DNA from: a virus
Length of the DNA: 64,000 nucleotides
Reading direction: 5' to 3' (one strand)
Virus record (IMG/VR): IMGVR_UViG_3300037089_000424
Shown: positions 54,214 through 63,523 of the stretch, one piece after another
Numbering within the stretch: the stretch's first letter is position 1
Layout: every line of letters starts with the position of its first letter
Translations under genes and position numbers: made by a program
The notes under the pieces: generated by a model
Told to the model about the DNA's origin: nothing
The model's input: the letters and a program-made list of their open reading frames with translations, nothing else
The model's database searches: none

Positions 54214-55343
54214 GATACACCTATCATTTCGCATGCACGCACCCAAAGTGGCATGCTCAATGCAGTGTTCCAGAGAAAATCGCGAGAGCCGGAAAGCCCA
54301 GCAAAGCCCGGAAACTGATCCGAATGCTCTCTAAGTAGCTCACTCAGAGACAGGCATGCTTCTGCATAATTCGCACCTGAAAGTTTCTGCTCAGTCAGCC
54401 AAGGCAAAAATTCTTCGAGCAATCTGATGCCGGTCATTTCATCAGATGCATCTCGCAGATAATCATGATTGTTCCTATGGTGGCACGCCATAGGAGTGCC
54501 AAATCTCACAGTATGCCCGAGGTGCTTGGCACAGACCTGGACAAAATAGCCTTGAAAAATGTCTCCGAGTCTATTCTGAATCACCCCACCCATACGGACG
54601 AACCAATAGGCAGGAATGGCATCTCTTCGGACAGCTGTGTTCTGAGAATTGACAGGAGACCAAGTGCCTGGCGCAAGTACACGACTCCCAACTAACCCTT
54701 CTGCCAAGGCTGGGGCAACACACCAAGTCATGCCATCCAGATCAGGCGATTCGTGCCAGAGGCCAGCATTAATACTCACTGTCACCATCCTCTTGTCCTC
54801 AGAAACAAGGCTACTACGCAACCGATGACGTGCAAAGTACGGAAAGCCTCTAGCATAAAAATTACTCTTCTCTTCTGGCACACCAAATAAGTGACAGGCA
54901 TTGTACCACCCCGTACTTAAGCTAACCTGAGATTCCTCGTGTTCTCCAGCACAGACGATTTCGTGCTCGCCGAAAAAGTCGTATTCAGGAATGGCATAGT
55001 TATCGTCATCGATGGAAATAAGAAAGTCAACACCCTTCTCAAGCGCCATCAAGTAACCGATGTTCCTTCGATTATCAGAATGCAGCGGCACAAAGTGGCC
55101 CAGATCCAAAACAGCTAGAAAATCAGTCTGCTCCTCCAAATCTGGGCAGAGAGTGGCCATGCCTTCAGCAGTCCACTTTCTACATACCGCAAAGATTTCT
55201 TTCGGGGTGCCTTCATCAGGAATGACTATAACAATCACATCGTCAAGACGGCCATATTTCTGGAAGTTCTCGAAGTAACTGCGTAGAACCTCGGGAACGT
55301 GGATTGTCGTCAAGACTATTGCGGCTCTAGGTATTTGGCCCAT
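54210..55343 (-). CDS. RGP/UDP-arabinopyranose-mutase- or STELLO-like GT-A protein
   Basis: AIVLTTIHVP, RRNIGYLMA, ISIDDDNY, RGFPY, PDLDG, INSQN-like, RLGDIF; ATG 55343 behind AGGAG. Confidence 0.75.
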   Translation of the reverse strand: MGQIPRAAIVLTTIHVPEVLRSYFENFQKYGRLDDVIVIVIPDEGTPKEIFAVCRKWTAEGMATLCPDLEEQTDFLAVLDLGHFVPLHSDNRRNIGYLMALEKGVDFLISIDDDNYAIPEYDFFGEHEIVCAGEHEESQVSLSTGWYNACHLFGVPEEKSNFYARGFPYFARHRLRSSLVSEDKRMVTVSINAGLWHESPDLDGMTWCVAPALAEGLVGSRVLAPGTWSPVNSQNTAVRRDAIPAYWFVRMGGVIQNRLGDIFQGYFVQVCAKHLGHTVRFGTPMACHHRNNHDYLRDASDEMTGIRLLEEFLPWLTEQKLSGANYAEACLSLSELLREHSDQFPGFAGLSGSRDFLWNTALSMPLWVRACEMIGVS

Positions 55344-55396
55344 ACGATATCTCCTGATGTGGCAACAGTCAGAAACGGACAAATAGCTAACGTGTA

Positions 55397-56098
55397 CTAG
55401 CCAGGATATTCGACAGCGTACAGACGCTTGCCATCGCCAACGAACGGATTCCTGAATGGCACACCCTTTTCCAGAGCTTTACGGTATGCGCGTACAGCGC
55501 TGTTCTGCTTCCTGAGTGTCTTGATTTCCTTCCTACTCAGAGCCTTGGCCTGTTCAAACTCTCGCGTCTGCTGATCCACGGATGTAGTGTAACCACCTCC
55601 GACTTTCAAATCAATCGCAGTCACCTTTGCTTTGCGCACAATGCCTGCGTTGTCTATGTAGGTTGACTCTTGATATGTGACCGGCCGAGGATGGAGGTTC
55701 TCATAAGCCTTGTACTCTGCCAAAGCAGCATCATACAGCTTTCTAATCTTATCTGCATCTGTTGGAAAATCTACAGGGATGCAGAGATATCCGCATCCGT
55801 GAGAGAAGAGCACCTTCCGTCTTTCTTTGGCATCTTTGCTCCGGGGGTCGCCAATATCTACAGCGACCTTTCGATCAAAATAATAGCGAGAACAAGATGC
55901 GTCCTTGCCAAAAGCATTCTGGATGAAATCTGACTTCCAATTAGAGATATAACCTCCTCCAATTGCAGCAGTCATCGCATCGTTCGCTACTCCAAATTCA
56001 AACTTCGTTACAGGTCCGGTCTTTTCTGGCCCTTCATGTACAGAGCCATCAGCCGCAACTGTCACCTTCTGTTCAACTTTCTGCATCTCAACTTCCAT
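55397..56098 (-). CDS. hypothetical protein, possibly a degenerate DUF559/Vsr-like fold
   Basis: YYFDRKVAVDIGD...ERRKVLFSHGCGYLCIP loosely parallels DUF559; strong GAGGAGG RBS. Confidence 0.55.
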   Translation of the reverse strand: MEVEMQKVEQKVTVAADGSVHEGPEKTGPVTKFEFGVANDAMTAAIGGGYISNWKSDFIQNAFGKDASCSRYYFDRKVAVDIGDPRSKDAKERRKVLFSHGCGYLCIPVDFPTDADKIRKLYDAALAEYKAYENLHPRPVTYQESTYIDNAGIVRKAKVTAIDLKVGGGYTTSVDQQTREFEQAKALSRKEIKTLRKQNSAVRAYRKALEKGVPFRNPFVGDGKRLYAVEYPG

Positions 56099-56111
56099 TT
56101 TCTCCTCCTCT

Positions 56112-56140
56112 ATGTGAAGAGGGACGCCGAAGCGTCCCTC
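56112..56140 (-). terminator. UUCG-capped hairpin after the major capsid gene
   Basis: GAGGGACGC-TTCG-GCGTCCCTC followed by TTCAC. Confidence 0.65.
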
Positions 56141-56190
56141 ATCTGAGAATATATGATTCGGGTCCGCTTTACAGATCCGTGTTCGATTGT

Positions 56191-57267
56191 CTAAGTCGTG
56201 CTCTCAGTCCCATCATCGCCCATGAACAAGAATCGGCTATCGATCATACCGACTTCGAATCGCGAGCGAGACTTGAACCGATACGACTCCATCGTAAACG
56301 AATCACCAGACGCAGGATGCTCCTGGATGATTTCCAATGGGTCACGCCTCTGGAAGACCAGGCAACGCTTGGGATCGCCCAAGATCCATACCCTTGCGGA
56401 TAGGAACCGAGAGATCAAGAGCCTGTACAGGCCTTGGAGAGGATTGACGGTCATCACGTATCCCGTATCTCCAGCAGTCGCAGTCGGAACTGACGGCTGC
56501 AATGTGGAGTTCAGGATCTTGGCCGCAACGAACTTGTCTGTCGGCGACGCCAACAGAGTATTCGGAGTGACCAAGAACTTGTTCCCGAGGGGATCGACGA
56601 TGCTCATCAAAGCAATGTCCGCTGCTTCCAACGTAGGCTGGCTCAAGCGAGCATACGTTGTCGGACGATTGCCTTTTGGTGTGATGCTATAGGTCCCATT
56701 TCCATTTCCTGTGTAAGCATCACTGTAGGTGATATCCGGATCGACCTGGACGCCCTGTTGGGTGAAGCCTGCGCCAATGATCTTGCCCATGACGTAGATT
56801 TCTTCCATGATCTTGAAGTTCTCACCCATCTGTGAAGCTCGGTTCTTGATCTGGCCCGTTTGATCGTCATCGAACAGTTCGCGCTCAAAGGACTCAATCA
56901 TACCGAACTTCACGTTGGTCAGAACTCGGTCCAAGCCAACGATTGGATTATCCTGGAACTTCTGCCCACGATCCGTCCTTCTCGGAAGATTTGGACGGTA
57001 CAGCGGAGCATAGTATTCCTGGAAGCGCCGAGATGTTACCTCGGTTACCAGGTCAGGATATACAACTGGAACCGTCTGGTAGCTGTTGATTGCATAGGAT
57101 TGGATCCCTGCCCTCAACAGCTGGCCAAACGCAGATTCAGCATTTGCTTCCCGAAGCCTCTGGTAGTTATTGTAAGCACTCTCCCGGAGGCGACGGAATG
57201 AAAGCTGAGGGCTGTTCCAGTTGATCTTACTAGCTACAACTTCAACTGGTGAAAGTGGTCGCTTCAT
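56191..57267 (-). CDS. major capsid protein (HK97 fold, Mu gpT-like)
   Basis: FGQLLRAGI, KFGMIESFERELFDDDQTGQI, PNTLLASP, PLQG, FKSRSRFEVG; follows protease and decoration genes. Confidence 0.9.
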   Translation of the reverse strand: MKRPLSPVEVVASKINWNSPQLSFRRLRESAYNNYQRLREANAESAFGQLLRAGIQSYAINSYQTVPVVYPDLVTEVTSRRFQEYYAPLYRPNLPRRTDRGQKFQDNPIVGLDRVLTNVKFGMIESFERELFDDDQTGQIKNRASQMGENFKIMEEIYVMGKIIGAGFTQQGVQVDPDITYSDAYTGNGNGTYSITPKGNRPTTYARLSQPTLEAADIALMSIVDPLGNKFLVTPNTLLASPTDKFVAAKILNSTLQPSVPTATAGDTGYVMTVNPLQGLYRLLISRFLSARVWILGDPKRCLVFQRRDPLEIIQEHPASGDSFTMESYRFKSRSRFEVGMIDSRFLFMGDDGTESTT

Positions 57268-57280
57268 TTGCTCTCCTCCG

Positions 57281-57781
57281 TTAGAATGATGTTAGACCTG
57301 CGAATTGCGGCTTCAGATAGAACAACATCTTCGTGACGCCAGCAGTTGCGGCCTTTCCGGTCGTAGTGCCAGTCGCGACAGCGAAGAAATTCTCGGGCGC
57401 ACAGACGGCGACCACATTAGCAGAGGATGCACCTGTCTTTTGGACCTGCTGAGGGTCCGCAGCGAAGGTGACTGAATCCCCTGGATAATATGTCGCGCTG
57501 TCTGCCACAGTGAACTCGACCAATCCACGAGTTACCACGTTCATGCGCGGCTCCTGCAGATTCTGGTTGAGTGAAGTGATCGGCTGCGTGTCAAGACCAA
57601 CCCCAAGGAATGCAGCAGCGGCTACTGTGCTTTCAGAGTCGCTAGCTACCACGGGGATGGCCACGTGATTCGAAGAGTCCCACTTCAGCATATCACCGCT
57701 GTTGTAGGTCTTCGTGAAATCGATCGGAACCCCACTGACACGCAGTTGTTCGACTTTCACAACATTGAACGGAATGGACAT
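57281..57781 (-). CDS. capsid decoration/cement protein
   Basis: FLGVGLD...VVTRGLVEF...YYPGDSVT (DUF2190-like); lies between protease and MCP. Confidence 0.7.
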   Translation of the reverse strand: MSIPFNVVKVEQLRVSGVPIDFTKTYNSGDMLKWDSSNHVAIPVVASDSESTVAAAAFLGVGLDTQPITSLNQNLQEPRMNVVTRGLVEFTVADSATYYPGDSVTFAADPQQVQKTGASSANVVAVCAPENFFAVATGTTTGKAATAGVTKMLFYLKPQFAGLTSF

Positions 57782-57819
57782 ATTGTCAAGTCCTCCTAGA
57801 AAGTGTCAAACTGCGTTAC

Positions 57820-60333
57820 TTAGTCCTTCATGGGGATTCCGTCGGCTGCAAATCCCTCAACGAGGCCAGAGTTTCCGCCACCCGATTCCATACGGAATGC
57901 ACCGGTGCCCCTGCCTCCATTCCCTTCAACAGATTCACGGAGAGTCGCAACGGTGCTGCGCCGAGCGGATTCGAGCAGCCTTGCAGTCGTTTCGATCTCA
58001 ATGATCTGGTCGTCACGGTTCAGGCCATACAACTTGCGCTGCATGACACGTGCCATGCCGACATCAAGGAGCTCGTTTCTGACAGCTTCGCGAAGCAGCT
58101 TGAACGCTGACCTCTTGGAGTTGTTATATGCGAGGATCCCTGACAGACGCTCATTTTGCCGACGAGCAGCCTTCAGCGATTCGCGAAGGCGAGTAATGCC
58201 GTCTGCCAATTTCCCGATTCGACGATTGGCTTCGTGCGCCACTCGCCGAGCCAGCCGATTCTTGCGGAATTTGCTGGTCTTCAACTTGTAGCTCTTACCA
58301 GAGGCGCCAGTCGATGAGTCTTTGTTTGGAGTCTTGAAGTCCTCATCATATTCACCAATGGCATGAGATGGAAGGGTTGCCTTTCCGGACTTGCCAAAGT
58401 TGCAGGCTTCCTTACTCTTCATACGACGAGCGCGAGACTCAGCGATTGGCCCTTTCCCACCCATTGTGGAGGGGATGGATCCCATTTCGCCACCTTCGTC
58501 TTCCTCGCCTTCATCTTCAAGTCCCTCTTCACCTTCGTCTTCCTCGCCCTCATCTTCGAGAGCTTCCCCGAGGTCGTCGTCGACGCCTTCGCCACCAGCG
58601 CCCATCGCGTCGGCACCGTCACCGTCGTCTCCGTCCCCGTCCCCGTCATCCATCACAGGAGCTTGAGAGCCGTCGCCGTCGTCTTCGAGACCTTCATCAG
58701 CTTCCTCGGTCTCGTCCTCTTCGGCTTCGTCCTCTTCAGCTTCATCTTCCTCAGCTTCCTTCGTGGCGGATGCCTTTACTTTCTTACTTGAGTCCCCGAA
58801 GTCATCGAAGCTCCCCAGATCTTCCCCCTCATCGTCTTCAACGTCCGACTCGGTGGCCAATCTGGTATCTTCCGGCGAAGGCTCGGGCAGATTTTCGTTG
58901 TCAGGTCCCGTTCCTGCCGCAGCCTTGAGCACCTTCTTCTTGCGAAAGCGCAGCTTGGCGCCAGCTTCTTTTGATCCACGGGATGTTTTCAGGCGTGGAC
59001 TTTTCATGGAATCACCACCTCCAGATGGATTGATGTTGGAATATTGCTCTTCGTTCGTTTGCCCTGGTCCTTTCCCGGAGATCGATGAGAAGCCATAGAG
59101 CACTTTAGAAGCTTCGTAGGCTGCTTGCTTGACCTCATCAGGGTTGTCAGAATTATAAGCAGCAACCAAAGAATCTGCGACTTCCTTCGCTTTCTTGGGC
59201 GGTACACCAGACTCTTTGAGATGACTACTCATAACACTCTTACTTACTGATTTCGTCGCACGATTAGAACTTCCCCTTTTGCTCTCGAGCATTTTGTCGA
59301 ATTTCCCCCGAGCCGCTGGCTCGGTAACAACATCAGCAGAGTCTACTCGCTGGAACTCTTCGACATAATTGACAACCTCACCTCCCATGTTAGCAGGGCG
59401 CGTCTTTCCGACAGCATTGATGCTGATGCCAAACAGACCCTTGGCGGATTCGTCCGTCATAATAGTGTCAATCATATCTGTAAGCCACTTGGCTGTTGGA
59501 AAGAAATGGAGCTTGCCACGGAGTCGAGCTTTTCCGTCTCCACCAGTGTCAACAAAACAGTCACTGTACCAGCCAACCAGGTCTTTCATGCTACGTTCAG
59601 GAAGAGTCTTCTCCTGGATCGCGTCAGGATGATCAGAATATGATTTCGAACCATTGAACAACTGAGGAGCTTTCTTGAGAGCCTCGCCACTGTAATAGTT
59701 CTTGTCCTTACTGTTGCCAAGACCCTCGCCTATAATGGTAACAAGGTACACACGACCTTTCGTCTTATGGCCATTTTTCTTTTGAGCATCTTCATGGCCC
59801 TGTTCATGGAAGGAACCATAGCTGGACTCACGGATATTAGATTCCTTGGCACGAGTAGCCTTCTTTCTTTGCTCCGGAGACAATTTGTGCCACTGCAAAT
59901 GGGTGTAATAGGCACCGGATTCTGGATCATACATCTTAGTGTATTTGCCTCTATCGTATGTTGGTCCAGGTGTCCCCTTACGTTGTCCCCACTTCATCCC
60001 CTTCACACCTGCTTCAGCAGCTTTCCTAGATGCGAAGAGAGGCATCTGGCGCTTGACGTCTCGAGATGGAATGATATTTTGAGTAGGCACAGATATCTCC
60101 TCGCCAACATCGAGTTTCACTCTAGTCTTACCATCATCTCGCCCAACAACTTTTCCAATCAGGTGTCTAGACTTTCCAGATGCCGGATCTACACCAGGAA
60201 CGCCAACCACAGACCCTTTCTTCAACTTCTTATGGTGCCACCGTTGTCCTTTAACACCATATTCTTGGAATGGGGCCTTCTTAATACCGGCTCTCTGTAA
60301 TTGGCCCACCGCAGATGAAGAGTTACCCATCAA
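57820..60333 (-). CDS. prohead protease (T4 gp21-like) fused to acidic scaffold and N-terminal extra modules
   Basis: SYSDHP (His), GISINAVG (Ser), DSADVVTEPAARG; long D/E tract and C-terminal coiled coil. Confidence 0.85.
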   Translation of the reverse strand: MMGNSSSAVGQLQRAGIKKAPFQEYGVKGQRWHHKKLKKGSVVGVPGVDPASGKSRHLIGKVVGRDDGKTRVKLDVGEEISVPTQNIIPSRDVKRQMPLFASRKAAEAGVKGMKWGQRKGTPGPTYDRGKYTKMYDPESGAYYTHLQWHKLSPEQRKKATRAKESNIRESSYGSFHEQGHEDAQKKNGHKTKGRVYLVTIIGEGLGNSKDKNYYSGEALKKAPQLFNGSKSYSDHPDAIQEKTLPERSMKDLVGWYSDCFVDTGGDGKARLRGKLHFFPTAKWLTDMIDTIMTDESAKGLFGISINAVGKTRPANMGGEVVNYVEEFQRVDSADVVTEPAARGKFDKMLESKRGSSNRATKSVSKSVMSSHLKESGVPPKKAKEVADSLVAAYNSDNPDEVKQAAYEASKVLYGFSSISGKGPGQTNEEQYSNINPSGGGDSMKSPRLKTSRGSKEAGAKLRFRKKKVLKAAAGTGPDNENLPEPSPEDTRLATESDVEDDEGEDLGSFDDFGDSSKKVKASATKEAEEDEAEEDEAEEDETEEADEGLEDDGDGSQAPVMDDGDGDGDDGDGADAMGAGGEGVDDDLGEALEDEGEEDEGEEGLEDEGEEDEGGEMGSIPSTMGGKGPIAESRARRMKSKEACNFGKSGKATLPSHAIGEYDEDFKTPNKDSSTGASGKSYKLKTSKFRKNRLARRVAHEANRRIGKLADGITRLRESLKAARRQNERLSGILAYNNSKRSAFKLLREAVRNELLDVGMARVMQRKLYGLNRDDQIIEIETTARLLESARRSTVATLRESVEGNGGRGTGAFRMESGGGNSGLVEGFAADGIPMKD

Positions 60334-60374
60334 AGAAGCCCTCTACCTTATCCAGATTCTCTTCATGACGAATC

Positions 60375-60725
60375 TCACGGATTCGGAAGCGTTGCGCAAG
60401 ACTCATTCGAATGGTCACTCTCCGTGATTCCATCGGATGCGACGGCGTCAACGACATAGCACCATTTCTCGCCAGCGAGCACAGACATGTCGTTGAAGTG
60501 AACACCATTGATGATCGCGCCATTCACCAGCAGGTACGGGCCACCCGAAGTCTTGCTTCGATACAGTTTGTAGCCAACTACTCCCGATGTGGCTGAAGCC
60601 GTCCAACTTAGCTCGACCCAATGATTGACGGCGAGCATCAGCTGCACCGTCATCGTTTGTCGCTGGGCCTGCATCAAAACGGTCCAGAACAGCAGTAGTG
60701 CCACGCCCAAGAATTTCAGGTTCAT
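60375..60725 (-). CDS. signal-peptide fibronectin type III protein
   Basis: MNLKFLGVALLLFW signal; VELSWTASATSGVVGYKLYRSKTSGGPY...YVVDAV...ESDHSNE. Confidence 0.85.
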   Translation of the reverse strand: MNLKFLGVALLLFWTVLMQAQRQTMTVQLMLAVNHWVELSWTASATSGVVGYKLYRSKTSGGPYLLVNGAIINGVHFNDMSVLAGEKWCYVVDAVASDGITESDHSNESCATLPNP

Positions 60726-61114
60726 TTCGAGGCTATGACATTACTCGTCTTGATCTGGAGACTAGTGCTCACGCTTCCTGAATCCGTCGCAGTGACTGAA
60801 AAAGTAAACGCGCCAGCCGTGGTGAGCGTTCCAGAAAGCAGCCCAGTTAGCGAAAGCGTGAGACCACCAGGAAGGGTTGAGCCCGGTGACACAGACCATG
60901 TGATCGGAAGGATCCCTCCCGTGGACGTGAGTTGAATGCTGTAACCTTGGCCTATGTATCCGGGAGGCAGTGTGGGATTGGTCGCAATGGCCAGGGCAGC
61001 CGTGACGGTCAAGCTCATCTGCTTCGTCGCTTTTTGCTGCTGCGCCATTGTGCAGGGCGCAGCCATGAACGAGGCAAGCACAAGAAATACAAGGGTGATA
61101 AGAGTCTTTTTCAT
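60722..61114 (-). CDS. signal-peptide He_PIG-type Ig-domain protein
   Basis: MKKTLITLVFLVLASFMAAP signal; TLPPGYIGQGYSIQLTSTGG...WSV..LPGGLTLS..GLLSGTLTTAGAFTFSVTATDS. Confidence 0.85.
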   Translation of the reverse strand: MKKTLITLVFLVLASFMAAPCTMAQQQKATKQMSLTVTAALAIATNPTLPPGYIGQGYSIQLTSTGGILPITWSVSPGSTLPGGLTLSLTGLLSGTLTTAGAFTFSVTATDSGSVSTSLQIKTSNVIASK

Positions 61115-61132
61115 GCGATTCTCCTTGGGATA

Positions 61133-61441
61133 TTAGTAGCCAACATTCGATTGATTTCCATGACGAACAAGACTTCTTATGTTCACACCGACCTTCCTCT
61201 TGTCAGGAATTATGTCTTGCACGTATTGTTGATTCCTGCCCTGAAGATTCTGGTCGGCCTCGCCACGTTGTGCTTTCAAAGCCATGTCCGGTGGCCAATC
61301 AGATATGGCAGAATCTACACCAGGATTCGCTTCCTTGTAATGCTTATTGAACCTTCGGCCACCGCCTTGCATCACTTTTCGTCCAAGCTGCGGGAAGTTG
61401 GGAGAGAACTCGTCTGACTCAAAGTCCCCTCCGCGAAGCAC
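61133..61441 (-). CDS. hypothetical head-module protein
   Basis: GTG start, packed between neighbouring genes. Confidence 0.55.
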   Translation of the reverse strand: MLRGGDFESDEFSPNFPQLGRKVMQGGGRRFNKHYKEANPGVDSAISDWPPDMALKAQRGEADQNLQGRNQQYVQDIIPDKRKVGVNIRSLVRHGNQSNVGY

Positions 61442-62102
61442 GAGTTACTGCTTTGTGGAATATGCCAAATTTCCTTTCGCGGTCTGCCTCCATACTGATC
61501 ATCCCAGCAGTCCTCTTGCGCTCTGCTGACTGAGGATCATCCTGAGGGATGTGCCCAGATGCTATCGGAGGCTTGGGCTTGGAAACAAATCCCAGACCTT
61601 TGACATATTGACCTTGCTTGGCACCTTGCGTGGTAGCATTTTCAACGATCTTTTGCTGTTGCTTCTTGGACTTCAGATGAGACGAGATATGTTCCAGCAA
61701 AGCATTGCGCTGGGACTCTGAGAGGTCGTCGCTGGCCAACAGCATGCGGTGCTCGAGAATATGAGAGTCGTGGATGTCGCCTTCCATTGCTTCATTGATC
61801 TTGCCGGTATGAAGCAGCGTCTTGTGCTCACCATCGATCATCTTAACGAGGTCAGCAGGATAGTTCTTGGACGACGTCTTGTCATTCGTCGGGACACCAC
61901 GAGCAAAGCGCCCACTGTTTTGCGGAGGAGCAGCTTCACGAAGTTTGAAGGTGTCATCGAATGATTCCTCTTCGAATAGAGGCTCAAGTGGTTTCGACTC
62001 TTTCAGTCGTACACCCTCAGGCCTGCCAAAGCTGTCGAACGTGCCAGTCCAGCCCTCTTCTTGGCCAGGAGGTGGATCGAGAAAACTTTGTGTCAATCCC
62101 AT
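61419..62102 (-). CDS. putative internal head protein
   Basis: several xE-S/A sites; GGAG RBS. Confidence 0.6.
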   Translation of the reverse strand: MGLTQSFLDPPPGQEEGWTGTFDSFGRPEGVRLKESKPLEPLFEEESFDDTFKLREAAPPQNSGRFARGVPTNDKTSSKNYPADLVKMIDGEHKTLLHTGKINEAMEGDIHDSHILEHRMLLASDDLSESQRNALLEHISSHLKSKKQQQKIVENATTQGAKQGQYVKGLGFVSKPKPPIASGHIPQDDPQSAERKRTAGMISMEADRERKFGIFHKAVTRASRRGL

Positions 62103-62104
62103 GG

Positions 62105-62557
62105 TTAAGCTCCTCTCTTAGATTTCCTGAAGGCATGCATCCGAGACTCGAAGGAACGATGCTTGGCTCCGTGAAGCCAAGTTCCTATTCTTTCTTCAAA
62201 CCCACTTTCCTTCACACGATTGTAAGCATCAAACGCTTTGTCGTTATTTGTTACGAAAGCAACAACACTGCCATCTGTGATCATTCCGACTCTTGCTCTA
62301 TGATGCCCATCTTGAACCTCATACTTTCCCTTGTGCTTCATAGCCAAAACTGGGGTCATTGGCTTCTTGCCTTCTACAGATTCCTTGTAAAGCTTGACTA
62401 GATATTTCTTGTTAAGAATGCTTGGACTAAACGACTCCGAAGCAGTCAGTCTTTTTGCAGGCACATTCTTGAGTTTGACTCCGTACCGTTTCATCCAAGA
62501 CTGAAATGGCTTAGAGACTTCCCACTTGATTCTTCCTGTTCTAATTCCCCATTTCAT
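62105..62557 (-). CDS. ParB/Srx-like domain protein
   Basis: TPVLAMKHKGKYEVQDGHHRA. Confidence 0.7.
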   Translation of the reverse strand: MKWGIRTGRIKWEVSKPFQSWMKRYGVKLKNVPAKRLTASESFSPSILNKKYLVKLYKESVEGKKPMTPVLAMKHKGKYEVQDGHHRARVGMITDGSVVAFVTNNDKAFDAYNRVKESGFEERIGTWLHGAKHRSFESRMHAFRKSKRGA

Positions 62558-63459
62558 TCCTTTGACACCATGTTCGAAAAGTTGTTGGATTCTTTTTGTC
62601 CTGGCACTCTGTGAGAGATTGGATCTCGCTCTTTTGGCCCACCAAAAGGCTTTCTAGAGCCACTATAAGATTTAACATTATAAGGCGCAAAAGTCTGTGG
62701 CTTTCCTTTGACCCCATCAATCTTGACAAGATGATAATTATGGCCAGGAATCCTTCCTTCGCCTTTCGACCAAAACTTGCCAGTGATCGTACCTGTTTTC
62801 CCAGTGTGGGGACCTGCTATAATCTCGACTCTGCCCCCTTTCCTTGGACCCGAGCCAGGGCCACCCTCTCTTTCAGGGCCAAACGCTTGCCGGCCAAAAG
62901 CTCTGGCAGCTTGAGTCTTGGACTGGAGCTTCATCAAAGGTTTCTTCTGCCGAATATCCTCGGAAGGTTGCTCGCTCTTCTTGGGGACACCACCGATGGG
63001 GTTCTCTCGGCCAGAGTGACCGAACTGACTCTCTTTCTTAGACTGATTGTACTCGGAGACATGATGAGACATCGCAGAGATATGGGCGCGGCCCATCGGT
63101 GTGCCAAGACCATGTTTCTCTGCTTGTTTCTTGTGGTATTCGATGGAGTCTTTGTGAGCCTTTTGCACAACCTTGGGACCAAGGTTGCCGAACTCACCAT
63201 GAGTGGATATGTATTCCTGGAGCTTAGAAGTTGGTCTGCCGAACGCTTCTGCCAATCTATAATGAGCCATGCCTCTCGGAGTTTCTACACCATGCTTCTT
63301 CGCCATCCGTTGATGGAACTTGGAGGCTTCGCCAAGGACACGGCTGAAGGGATTACCCTTGGCTTCTCTCAATCTGCGGATGTCATCGCCAATCACGAAA
63401 GGAGTGAAATTTGCGCCAGCTTCGTCTGGCGTTGCGGCACATTCGGGATATGTCTGCAT
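62554..63459 (-). CDS. putative modular internal head protein (duplicated His-rich helix, KOW-like motif)
   Basis: FHQRMAKKHGVETPRGMAH vs YHKKQAEKHGLGTPMGRAH; EGGPGSGP; VEIIAGPHTGKTGTI. Confidence 0.65.
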   Translation of the reverse strand: MQTYPECAATPDEAGANFTPFVIGDDIRRLREAKGNPFSRVLGEASKFHQRMAKKHGVETPRGMAHYRLAEAFGRPTSKLQEYISTHGEFGNLGPKVVQKAHKDSIEYHKKQAEKHGLGTPMGRAHISAMSHHVSEYNQSKKESQFGHSGRENPIGGVPKKSEQPSEDIRQKKPLMKLQSKTQAARAFGRQAFGPEREGGPGSGPRKGGRVEIIAGPHTGKTGTITGKFWSKGEGRIPGHNYHLVKIDGVKGKPQTFAPYNVKSYSGSRKPFGGPKERDPISHRVPGQKESNNFSNMVSKE

Positions 63460-63523
63460 CGCGGACCCTCCAATCTAACTTACTACCCAGCTTCTGAACT
63501 TGAAGAGTCCACTCTGTGTACTC

